Assembly: GCA_963693365.1 (NCBI GenBank)
Contig: CAVNZM010000003.1
Location: 14,801,143 to 14,865,142 of the forward strand
Origin: Amoebidium appalachense
Taxonomy: Eukaryota; Protista; Ichthyosporea
DNA: 64,000 bases
Direction: 5' to 3'
Below the pieces are notes generated by a model. That model was not told where the DNA came from. It worked only from the letters and a program-made list of their open reading frames with translations, and did not search any database. Below are positions 1 through 28,247 of this stretch, piece by piece. Position 1 is the first letter of the stretch. Each line of letters starts with the position of its first letter. A program made the translations under genes and the position numbers.

Positions 1-166
1 CGGACAGGACTCTAAGAAACCTGTGCCGGAAGAAAGTTCATTTTCAAATGCATTCATTGGAACTGAAATAGTAATGCCTTTCGGTGCCTCACATTGCAAA
101 GGGTTAGCACGATTTATAACGTATAAAAAAAGGTACAGGGATAGACCGCGGTATGATGTTGGTGGC

Positions 167-377
<211 letters not shown>

Positions 378-629
378 CGTGCGCCGAGTGTGGTCCTTTT
401 TTTTTTGTGTGTGTGTGTGTGTGTGTTGGGGGGGAGAGGGGGGGAGGGGATACGAGCTTCAAGGAGGGCGGCTGGTGGGGGGATACGAAGGAGGGAACGG
501 GGACTGAGAAATACGTGGGGTGCCGTACATTGGGGGGGGGGGGGGGGGAGGAGGGGGGGGAGATTCGAAGACGGGGTGTGAGGGGGGGGGGGGGGGAGGA
601 GGAGGGGGTATGGAGAGGGGAGAGTCAGG

Positions 630-915
630 GTGGCTTCGAAATTGCTGGAAGGAGTTGTGTTGAACTTGAGCAGCAGATAAGTGTGGGCGACCATTTAGTG
701 GCAGACACGGCAGTGACAATGGAGAACAAACTGTGCGAGATGGTTTTTATCATGCAATCATAGCACAATGAAACTGGCCATTGGGTCGCCAAATGAAAAG
801 TGGCCAGGTGAACTGGTGGTTACTGCTATTTTATTTAACAAGTGTTTGTGGGATGGCTTTGGAACCGGGAATATGAACGAATAGCCAGCATGGTAGGCCT
901 CCTATTTGAATTTGT
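630..915. repeat. Diverged duplicated segment, copy 1 (partner about 1755-2040)
   Basis: Shares GTGTTG[A/G]ACTTGAGC[A/G]GCAGATA[A/C]GTGTG[G/A]GCGACC, TGGGTCGCC and AGGTGAA-TGGTGGT in the same order with 1755-2040; both follow (GT)n/poly-G tracts. Confidence 0.7.
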
Positions 916-1488
916 TTCTATTCATGTGTGTGCTGCATCCATTACGGTATGTATGTGTCACGGCGAGGTGAGACGAGCCAATAAAAGTATCGTTATCGAA
1001 TATCTTACATTTACTACTTAAAAAGAAATAAGAACAAATGTGTAGAAGACATGTGATGTTCCGTGTGATTGGATGTTTGAATGGCTTGCGCACTGTTCAG
1101 TCACGGTCAACTTGATTAATGCCGAATTTAATATGCACATAAAATGGTGTTTAAATGCCGGGCTTGCTCACTAACATTTTGTGTCCCTAGCTCTCTCTCT
1201 CTCTCTCTCCCTCCCTCTCTCTCTCCCCCCCTCTCTCTCTCTATATATATATATATATCGAGTCTCCCTCTCTCCCTCCCTCTCTCCCCCTCTCTCTCTC
1301 TCTATCTGCGTGTGTGTGTGTATGAATGTGTGTGTGCCTACGTGTGTGTGCGCTCGCACGTGTGTGCGTGCGTGCATGCATGCGTGCATACATATTTGTG
1401 TGCATGTGTGTCTGCTGCATGAGGTTGTGTCATGTACTCTCTCCCTCCCTCCCTCCCTCCCTCCCTCCCTCCCTCCCTCCCTCCCTCC

Positions 1489-1563
<75 letters not shown>

Positions 1564-1568
1564 ATCTC

Positions 1569-1605
<37 letters not shown>

Positions 1606-1754
1606 GTGTGTGTGAAAGTGTGTGTGTTGTGTAACTGTGTGTGTGTTGGGGGGGGGGGGAGGGGGGGGGGAGGGGGAGGGAGGGCGGGGGGAGAGGGTGG
1701 GGGGGGGGGGGGGGGGGGGGGGGGGGGAGAATGGGGTAATGAAAAGAGAAGATA

Positions 1755-2040
1755 AGGTGGATTTGAAGCGGCCAGGGGATGTGTTGGACTTGAGCGGCAG
1801 ATACGTGTGAGCGACCTTCCAGAAGGGCTTGGGGATCTTGCATGACCTCTTAAGACTTTCTAATGCAATTATTATGGTATGAAGTTAAATGGGTGGGTCG
1901 CCGGGAAGGGATAAGGTGAAGTGGTGGTCATCGTTGGGTTGATTGCCATCAGATTGTGGGAAGGGTTTGCTAACGAACCGAATTATTACCGAATAACTGA
2001 ATTACCAGCAATGTTGGCTTCAAGGCTTTTGATTTTATTT
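1755..2040. repeat. Diverged duplicated segment, copy 2
   Basis: Same collinear conserved blocks as 630-915; no long intact ORF spans it. Confidence 0.7.
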
Positions 2041-2459
2041 CCATTTATGCGAGGTGCTATGTGAGAGGAGCCACTAAAAACATTAATTAGTAGTAACTTT
2101 AAAAAATTCAATGTGCATGTGCTACATATGACCATTATCATCAAAGAAAATTTTACCAAAATTTGGCAGACATGGATCATAATGTGCCTGAATCCGTATC
2201 TGCGCATTTTTACCGTGTGGTGAATAGCTTATCACAGACATTGAAAATTGTTCATATAGCATGGTCTTCAAATGCAGTTATATATATCGTGCATGCTCGC
2301 GTTTACTTTAGTGTCGGTGCTCACATTGTCCCCCCCCCCCCCCCCCCCCCCCCCCCCGCCTTCTCTCTCTCTCTCTCTCAAGAGTGCCCGAGGCTCTCAG
2401 CGAAACAGGCAGAACCCGGTGCCTCTCATTCAACTAAGTTCATACATGCATGCATGCAT

Positions 2460-2512
<53 letters not shown>

Positions 2513-2601
2513 GGGGGGGGGGGGGGCCGGGGGGGAGGGAGGAAGAGAGGGGAGGGGGGGATGTGGGAAGTAGGGCCGGGGGGAAGGGGAGGTGTGTGTG
2601 T

Positions 2602-2662
<61 letters not shown>

Positions 2663-2876
2663 ATCGATCTCAGTTCAACTTGGAAGGGAGGGATGGCCGG
2701 GGGCCTTCATCTGGTACACAGGCAAACACGTCCGGCTAGCTAAGAATGAATGGGGTGCAGTAGCATATTAAGACAGCTGAGATAAATATAAAAACGCGAT
2801 GCCTTTTTCTGTGTGTGCGAGGGATCAGTGTGTTTTCTTTATCTCTCTCCCTCAAGTTTCCCTCTCTCTCCCTTTC

Positions 2877-2922
<46 letters not shown>

Positions 2923-3072
2923 CCCCCTCTCTCTTTCTGTCTCTCTCTCTCACTCTCTCTCTGTGTGTGTGTGCAGGTACGTGTTTTGGGTAACGTTGAT
3001 GTGTGTGTGTGCAAATGTGTGTGGGTGTGCGCACGTCCGTGTTAGTGTCTCTGTGTGTGCGGTTAACGTGTG

Positions 3073-3107
<35 letters not shown>

Positions 3108-3303
3108 ATGTCCATGTGTCTGGGTATGTCATGCACATGCACGACAGCATGCTGTGAGCATACCACTCTCTGTGCATGTGTGTGACGGGTATCATGTGTG
3201 CCCGTGTATGCGTATGTGTACTTTGGTATGCTTGTTCACGAGTGTGTGTTTTTGTGTGTGTGCGTCTGTGTGTGTGTGTGTGTGTGTGTTTTTGTGTGTG
3301 TGC

Positions 3304-3395
<92 letters not shown>

Positions 3396-3488
3396 GCATG
3401 ACATTACGCACATGGCATACCCATGTGCACGTGCATGTTTTTTGTGTGTATTTGTGTGTGCGAGTGTCTCTGCCGGCAGTGCTTGTGC

Positions 3489-3551
<63 letters not shown>

Positions 3552-3609
3552 GGTGAGTGAGTGAGTGAGTGAGTGTGTTTGTGTGTGTGTGTTAGGGGGA
3601 GGAGGCCCG

Positions 3610-3645
<36 letters not shown>

Positions 3646-4253
3646 GGGTAAACCAATATGAGTATTTATCTTCACGACCATATAAACTCTATTCGTGAAC
3701 CATACACTCACTTTGAACAGAACGGTACAACACTATTAAACAGTTACCTGCAAATAGAAACATTAACATAGAGATTGTAGACTATTCGTCCTATTTATAT
3801 AACCCTACCTTCTCAGTAATTCCTCGTATATACAAAGCTCGTAGTCCCTCACAACTAGGGGGGGGGGAGGGAGGGGGGGGGGGAGACACATGAAGAAAGG
3901 AAAAAGGAAGTGGGGGGTCGATAAAGAAAAAAACGAAAAAAAAAAAACTCACAATATAAATCAAACAGCCTGCCTACGGGACTAATTACAAGTATCTGAT
4001 TGCTCCACACATCACTTAAAATCCATTTGAGCGTAATCTTCCAAATCATCACACTGAAACACATTTAGTGTGTTCATATTTCATATAATAGTTGTGCGTA
4101 TTCCAAAAGTTTCCAAATTGCAGTTCCTCTATCAACAACTTTAGAACGCCATGCGCAGGAAAAGAGAATTTTCAGGTTGGAAAACTTTATCTTATAGACA
4201 CAGTCGTCGCTATAATTAATCTGACAGGTTTCACCCCTCCATCCATTCGCACC

Positions 4254-4288
<35 letters not shown>

Positions 4289-4390
4289 AAAAGAAAATAA
4301 AATTCAAAACGTGAAATTATTTTATCCCCCATTAGATATGACAAACACCCCGTGTTCCAAGCAACAACAACTGTTGTCGTACGTGTGTGT

Positions 4391-4428
<38 letters not shown>

Positions 4429-4557
4429 ATGTGTGTGTGTGTATGTGTGTGTGTGTGTGTGTGTGTATGTACGTGTATGGCATGTACGTGTGTGTGTGTG
4501 TGTGTGTGGGCTGCCAGGGGGAAAAAGAAGAAAAAGGGGGGCTTAATCTAACTGAAC

Positions 4558-6667
4558 TTACTGATTTTGTTCGTACAAAATCATCGCAACCAGTATTGCC
4601 ACCAACACCGCCACCACCCCCCACAAAATAACAGCCGGCTCCATCCCTTGTTTGAACCCCGCCGTCTGCGCCAAATTCGACATCGAATTTCTCCCCGAAC
4701 CGTTTTGGACCCCCCTGAGGGGGTACCGGGCCATTAACGCCAACACCAGCCCACACTCCGGCTTGTATTCACCCAACCTCCCCTCGAATATTGCCTGTAG
4801 GTACCCCCCCAAATGCGGACAACTATCCACCACGTTGCGCAAATCCATACACGGGTCGAAGGTAACCCGTTTCCTCGACATGCAACTTTCACAGTCCGAC
4901 ATAGGATCCCCCCTCCCATGAAACGGACACGCCGTCGGGACGGATTTCGGCCCCCGCGTGTCTCCCGGCGCCGGCCGGTCGAATACCGATAGACCCCGCC
5001 TGTGAGAGCGAATTTTCGCTGTGGAATCGGGTGGGGGGACCTGTAGTTGGTCTTTCATCTCCGGAAGGAGGACCTCGGTGGCGCGGCGCTGCAATTCAGC
5101 AAAGAGCGTAGGTTCTTCTGCCGCCAAATTTTCAAAATACGAGGTGTTATCCAACTCCACCCGAAGCAAATTGAAGGCTAGGGGGATCACCTGCCCGGCC
5201 AAAAACCCCTCCACCTGCCCCGTGACCGACTCCGACAAAAGTCCCCCCGTTCCGACCTCCGAAAATTGGTAAACGACCGTCACCTCCACCGCACTCGACC
5301 CCAAAATGCGCACCTGCAGACCCCCCCTAACATCTAGGGGGACTTGCTGGGGCTCCCCGTCCGGTTTCTCCCCCTCCCCATAGAACATTGCCTTCCCCCC
5401 CTGGGGTCCATCACGCGCCTGTCCGTAAATTAACAAAGTGGCGTTCCTGTCGAGCGCGTCCGCCGCAATCACCGAAAAATCCGCTTCGAGCCCCCCCCCT
5501 TTCCTTTTCACCCATGTCCCCGCCATCCCCACGCATCACCGATCGATACGCCTGCTGGAGGGGGGAAGAAGCCTCGAGAAGGTCCGCCACACCCGGCACC
5601 CACACTTGGAACATTTTTCCGTCGTAAAACAGCGCCAACACTTTCAACACGTCGGTCGGAAATACGGCCCGCCCGCGTACACTCACCGACCGCATTCCGG
5701 TCTTGGGGTTCTTGTCCTTCCGCGCCCAAAATTCGACCGGGTGGGGAAATTCCGTCCCGAGATCCGTCGGTTCGAGGGGGGTCCAACAAAGTTCCTGCGT
5801 GCACCATTCATCCACGTCCTGCAAGTAGTGAATGTTCGTTTGCAGCCTCTCCAACAACTGCTGAACATGGGCCGTTTTACCCATGATTCGATTCAAAACC
5901 ATCGCCTGGTATGGGTCGGGGGTAGCCTCGAGAAGGGCCTTGTGATGTTTGAACGAATTCTCCACCTGGCTGTAGGCTTCGGCGGCGTTTAACAACTGGT
6001 CATCCTCGAGACATGACAGTACGGAATCAATCAAAATGGGCAACTCCGACTCGAGAACATGTAACTCTTCGATGACGCCGTCCTTGTTTGCCCGCCTGGA
6101 ACTAACGGGGGGTTCGGACGCCTTCGGCACTGCCAACTCTCTCATTTCGCTCGTTGAAGACCCGTTTGGGTCGTTCAATGACACACTGCCGCCCTCCCCC
6201 TCCGCCCCCTTTTCCATGTCGACAGACGAGCTCGTTGCTTTCACACATTTTCTGCAAATGTATCTCCTACGGCGCTCTCCCAACTCCTGCTTGCGAAAAG
6301 AACAGCCAGAGCACGCATTCTGCCCGCAGATGCGGCAAATGTGCCACCGGGATAGAAGATGAATGGCTGTGTCACAACAGGAGCATGTTTTCGTCGGTTT
6401 GAAATTTCGTGAGCGTACAACGTCCGTCGTTCTGACCATCACACTCGTTGTCTTACCGACGGTTTTGTTGAGTACCGTCTCCGCAGGTTTAACCACTTTC
6501 CTCCTTACCATTCCCTTGAGGTATGTTCCATGCCCCGAGGATTTTCGCTGGTTGTTAAGGCCTAGAGGTTGTGTTGCGCCCGCATCTGTAGATAGATTGG
6601 GGAGTGAACCGGATGGCGGGTTTGACTGGTCGCCCAAAAAAGACAAACTACGTGTTTTTGAAGCCAT
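4558..6667 (-). CDS. Intronless FYVE-type zinc finger + START/SRPBCC-like domain protein with C-terminal TM anchor (one frameshift, probably at a G9 run)
   Basis: ORF 5411-6745 has CSCC...RWHICRICGQNACSGC...ICRKC (eight Cys, FYVE spacing) and a START-like stretch (SVRGRAVFPTDVLKVLALFYDGKMFQVWVP). Overlapping ORF 4558-5532 continues to hydrophobic VILWGVVAVLVAILVAMILY. The frames can be joined at the homopolymer 5491-5499. ATG at 6667 (MASKTRS). Confidence 0.8.
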
Positions 6668-7100
6668 GTTGTAGGATGAAACCAGAGGTTCTGTAAGGTT
6701 GTATAGTGCTGATGTAGGAAGGGGTGTGTGCCCTGAACAGAACAATGTGTGAGCGGGTTATCACGTGTGTGCTCGTGATGTATGTCTGCGTGTACGTGTG
6801 AATTCAAGGGAAAGGTTTCAATTTGTGCCACCGGTTGCGGAAATATAAACGGATTACGTGATGCGTTGTCAAGCTGGAAAAGGTTAGGCCAGGTCACTGA
6901 CTGATAATCCCTGTGCGCGTAGAATCACCACAAGCTGACACGAATAAAAACACATGCTACTGCCGCATAGAAAACCATGTAGAGTGTGCCTTTCAAAATA
7001 TGTACATGTTCTCAAAGTTCTCTCTCTCTCTCTCTCTCTCTTGCGTGCACGATCGTCCGATGTTCGTTTTTTTTGATTTTTCTTGTGACGTGATCAAGAC

Positions 7101-7262
7101 TAGGGTTGCCCGGGTTTGGCGCTCTAAATCGTATTTAGGCAAATCCCGAGCATTTTGATACCATTCAGGGTCGTATTTACTAATTGGAAACCCTCAGTCC
7201 GTCGTTTTACGGGGTTTTATAAACCGCGATTTACGTCAATACGATTCGTCCTGCAAACCCTG
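7101..7262. mobile_element. hAT-type MITE (162 bp)
   Basis: Ends TAGGGTTGC...GCAAACCCTG (imperfect TIR) flanked by a perfect 8-bp direct repeat ATCAAGAC (7093-7100, 7263-7270). Confidence 0.85.
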
Positions 7263-7386
7263 ATCAAGACACAGGCATCCGCCAATCAAAAAGCGCCAGC
7301 AGGTTTATGCAAAAATCTCCGATCCACGATCGATTGAAAAGCGATCTGTGTCGTATCGCTGCGATAACGATCGCATTATTTATTTA

Positions 7387-7431
<45 letters not shown>

Positions 7432-8742
7432 TTGGGGGGGGGGGGGGGGGGGGGAAGAGGGAAGGAATCCGACACGGGGCCTTGTGCCTATGATGTGTAT
7501 AGTGGGCGATAATTTGTGTATATTATTTGAGTGTAAGCATATGGCAAATGTGAGTGAGAACTAGACGTGTGTGTGTGTGTGTGTGCACGGTGTGCGTGTT
7601 GGCCCTGAGAGGGGCGGAGCAGGGGGAGGGTAGGGAGGGGGGGACTCGGGGGGGAGGGTTGAAAGTGTCACCAAGTACGAAGTACACCTGATCCCACGCG
7701 GCGGGGGGGGGGGGGGGGGGGGGGGGGGAAAGCAGAATTTGAACTTTTACAGTGTGATCAATCCTACGAACCGACCTTGTTTATTCCGTTTTTTTTTTTT
7801 GTTTTTTTTTGTTTTTTCTTTTTTTTTTCTTTCCTGCTGTACTAAGAAACCATCATATGGACAACATATTTCGTGATGGCTAGCACACAACAGAATGTTC
7901 CATCAAACCCAACCCCATACCCGCACACAAGTATTCTTCTAATAATTATTGCCATAATTCTAATTTTTAATTGAATTTAATACGTGCTTCTGCTCTGTAA
8001 CTCAGCCAAAAAAGAAAAACAATATACATACCACCCCTACGCACAAGCATATACCCTTGTCCGAAATCCTCTACTATCCGTTATAGTCACGCTCCCAAAC
8101 CAACCGACACCACACGGTTTCCTAACATTATATCGTTACAAGCTTACCTGTCCTACAAGCCACCAAATTCGTGCACATTTCCTGCATATCTTTCTAACTT
8201 CACAACAATCGGTATGTGTCGAAAGGGTTGAATGTCAAGAGTTCAAAAAAGCAAAAAAAATGTGTGTGCGTGTAGCCTAGCCAGTGTGTGGTTTGATTCG
8301 AATGGTGGCAATCTGAAATGTTTAGGATCTGTGGCACGTAAAACGGTTGAGTTGCCTTCGTCTATAGAAGTTGCAATGACCAATAAACATTAAATGCGTG
8401 TCTCTGTGCCTGTGTGCCGAAAGCATGGATGCGTATGTGTCTGTGACGTGCTTGTATATATCTGTATCTGTGCGCGCATGTGTTGGTGTATGCTTGCACG
8501 TGCATATGTGTGGATATCTATGTGCTTGTGGCCTGTATGTGAGTGTGAGTGTGTGTGTGTGCGTGTGCGCCTGCGTGTGTGTGTGCGTGTGTATGTGTGT
8601 GTGCTTGCATGTGATACAAAGGGAATTTTTGAAGTGATACAAAGAGGCGTCTGTGTGTACGCGTTTGCATACACGTACGTGTGTGCGTATGTCCATGGGC
8701 ACGTGCTTACACGTACACCTACCTATGTGTGTGTCTGCCCAC

Positions 8743-24730
<15,988 letters not shown>

Positions 24731-25619
24731 CTTCGCCAGCTGAGACATCTGAAAAAGCAAGGCAAGGGAAATGCCTACACAACTTGAGTGCTTATGAACT
24801 CTGGAAATTGGTGGATGTTAAAAAAGTTGCCTATCAAAGAGCTAATGGCGTGTTATAACAAAATCCCGATTCAAAGGATGTAACGTGCACTTACTCTACC
24901 AATGCCAAATTCCACACTGAAGAATGCTTTAAGAGGGCACGTTTGCCATACACACATATCACTACAAAACCTGGCCGTCTCTTGAAAAAAAACACCGCTC
25001 GTGTGTTCTTTTTCGAAGTTCCGCTTATTCTGAACAACTCTTTGACAGTGTGAAAAAAAAACAGAAATCTCGAGACTTCCGACTGACTCGGCTCATGAGG
25101 TGCTAATGAGCCGGTAACTGTGATTAGTTTAGAGAGCATCACTTACGCAAGACGATGCTGTGTTGTCGAACCATATGCCGAGTCTAGATGATTACGTGAT
25201 CACATCTTCAATTGCAATAATGTTTGAAGCAAGGCTGAGCAAGCATTCAAGCCTTGTTTTTGAGACGCGGCTCGGATTTTGTGCTGTGGCACTTTAAATA
25301 CTGTCCAAGCATGACAGACACCAGGCATGTGTGCACCTTAACACATTCAAATACAGCCGTGGATGGATGCAATTGTGTAAGGAATTGGCATAGCTTCGAC
25401 ACCGGCACGTGCAATTCTAGCCGAACAATCTTACTACATATATCCTTCCTTCTTGTTTTGCATTCTGCATCGTTCTTCCTTTCCAAGTGCTAGATTCCAC
25501 CCCGCACATATAAGCACACACTCACGCGCGCGTGCACACACACACACACACACACCGAACACACACACACACGCACACACACACACAGAAACACACGCAC
25601 ACACACACACACACACACA

Positions 25620-25651
<32 letters not shown>

Positions 25652-25657
25652 AATAAC

Positions 25658-25727
<70 letters not shown>

Positions 25728-26449
25728 ACAGTGTTTCGACCAACTCATCTATATCGATGAGCTCATCCTCTCCGGGCCGTGGCCTCATTCCTACCTTTCC
25801 TAGGTTCTGGGTCTATCTAAAATTTTCATGTATGTATTGGGAAAGCAAAACTATAAGTACTCAGTATCACAGGAAAATAGAGCGAGATATGGTCCTGAAA
25901 AATAAGCAACTTTCTATCATCCACAACAAGTTTTTATATTTTTTCTGAAGTTGCACCTATCATGCAACCGTGATCACATAGTTGTTATAGGCTATTAGGA
26001 AAAACCGTGCAGGTAAGGAGGCATAGACTCAAAACACAAGAAAAGATCCCATGCACACTCAGCCCAGCGCCCACAAAAGAACCATAAACACTTACTAGTA
26101 ATTTGACTAGCATGGGTACGATGAATTGTGCCCCCGTCAACGAGCCAACACAGCCAACGTGCGGCTTGGAAAGCGGGGGAAGATTGGGTCTTGGGCCGGG
26201 TGGCGGGTGGGTGCAATCCTGTGCACATAATAGGCACACTATGATAGCGGTTTTCTCGATGATGTGCACAATGAAGCTAATTTGTATCATTGGTTCGTCG
26301 AACTAATACTACTGTAATATTAGAGCTATCACACTTTTTTTCACTAAGTTACGACACTACAAGAATCGTTTTCAAGGTTTTATACTAACAGTAATTTTAC
26401 GACTCGAATGGTGGCATATTTCCTAAGTAGGGATTCCATTTTTACCATG

Positions 26450-26890
26450 TTATGATGCCTTTGACCTCCCCATGGAACCTGTGGCCAACCCAATAGCACC
26501 ATTTGACGTGTCTGGGAAGGGTGACCTCGGATACACATACTGGCACCCTCTGGTGGCGGGGTATCGTTTGCAGAATGCAGCAAGGGTCATTCTTTTCTGG
26601 CAGGCCAGACACTGGGCAATGTCTTGGCGCATGCAGCAAGGAATGAGGCGACGGACATGTGAGGTTGATGTGTTTTCTTGTTCGGGAAACTGTAGGGTAG
26701 AGGGCACCATAGGTGTGTTGCGGGTTGTTATAGTGTCTAGGGTGGTTGTTGTGTCTTGAAGAAAAATCGAATTCGTTGATGGTGGGGTCGCCATCATGGC
26801 CATGTTGAGAGCAGATGGGGCCGGATGGGCACGGCAGAGGGTGATCAGCGTGAAAACGAGAAAGGAAAGGGCAGCAAGACGGGAACTCAT
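26450..26890 (-). CDS. Small secreted protein, 146 aa (signal peptide, Thr-rich linker, six-Cys motif)
   Basis: ATG ORF in non-repetitive DNA; MSSRLAALSFLVFTLITLCRA-HP looks like a signal peptide; DTTTTLDTITT linker; CCMRQDIAQCLACQKRMTLAAFCKRYPATRGC. Confidence 0.75.
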   Translation of the reverse strand: MSSRLAALSFLVFTLITLCRAHPAPSALNMAMMATPPSTNSIFLQDTTTTLDTITTRNTPMVPSTLQFPEQENTSTSHVRRLIPCCMRQDIAQCLACQKRMTLAAFCKRYPATRGCQYVYPRSPFPDTSNGAIGLATGSMGRSKAS

Positions 26891-27004
26891 GTTGTAACTT
26901 GATACGATGAGGAAGATGAGGAGTATAGGGTCGCTAATCGTTGATGGAGATGTCTATCAGGCTTGTTTAGTACACTACTATCTGACCAATGCGTGACGTT
27001 AACA

Positions 27005-27640
27005 ACGCCATGTCGTATATGGATCATCATTTTGGAGCCCGGTGAGTCGTGACTCCCGGCAGCCTAAATAAGCTGCAAGTTGGTTGCAAGCTCACTACAG
27101 TACACACGTACATGCTGACATGGGGAAGTATTTACACAGCATGTAGTATATGTAAAAAAAATAGTGCTTGCTAATAAGAAAAATAGGCGCTCAGTGTTTT
27201 ATTATAATAACCATCTATCTAGGTACCACGGCCATCTAGAGTCTCTAGATGGCCGTGCTAGGTACTCAGTACGGTACCGACAACCGAGCGAAGTTGCGGT
27301 TGCCGATCGACGACGCGTTACTTGCAGAGTCGACTCTGCAAGTATGCGCCTGCAAGTATGCGAACACGCGTCGTTGGTCGGCAACCGCATGCAACTTGGT
27401 TCGGTTGTCGGTACCGTACTGAGTACCTAGATAGATGGTTATTAGACACTGAGCGCCTATTTTTCTTATTAGCGAGCACTACGTACATATACTACATGCT
27501 GTGTAAATACTGCCCCATGTCAGCATGTACGTGTGTACTGTAGCGAGCTTGCAACCAACTTGCAGCTTATTGAGGCTGCCGGGAGTCACGACTCACTGGG
27601 CTCCAAAATGTGCATCCAAATTTTAAATACGGCATGGCGT
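27005..27640. mobile_element. Foldback element (long inverted repeat, arms about 300 bp)
   Basis: Arms pair almost to the centre, e.g. ACAGTACACACGTACATGCTGACATGGGG / CCCCATGTCAGCATGTACGTGTGTACTGT and GGTACTCAGTACGGTACCGACAACCGA / TCGGTTGTCGGTACCGTACTGAGTACC. No clear TSD, so mobility is inferred. Confidence 0.8.
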
Positions 27641-28247
27641 GACACATGTACAGTGTACCACAGCCTCTGCTTGCTCCAACTTATGCCGAGCTAGGCTGCT
27701 GGCGCCAAACTACTGTGTCCGTACGTAGGCTCTCAACATGCACAGATCTATACAACTTGTGGTTGAACACCGTGTGATGACAATTTTTGCAAATTGGCTG
27801 ATTACAGTATGACGCAAGGATTGCCGTGACTTGGCTAAGGCGGACCCCTTCCGCCACAACCCGGTGATCGGGGCGCCAGGAATGACATTTCAACCAGCCA
27901 CCATGCCTATTTCTGGCACTGGGACACACACGCACAAACACAGGCGCGCACACATATGCGAACAATATTTACACTGCACGGTGGCTGGTAATTGAATGCA
28001 GTTATGCCTGAGGCTCGGTTCTTGCCTTGGTCTACACCTGCACAGTCGGGCCCCACGTATATTACCACTGATATCGATGCACAGATTTCAAAACAGCCCA
28101 AGGCAAGCACACACAGTGTCACAGCAGCACATGTAAAAGCACAGCTGCGTGGGAAAACAATAAGACATGCCGTGACCAGCAGAGCACAAGTGTACGCGCT
28201 GCCTGGCAGCGTGGCCCATGCAATGCATGCATGTTGTGGGGGATATA

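Noticed and set aside
25250-25788. Small spliced minus-strand gene ([20 protein letters not shown]...)
   Set aside because: The first exon is plausible, but the continuation is short and unrecognisable; insufficient support.
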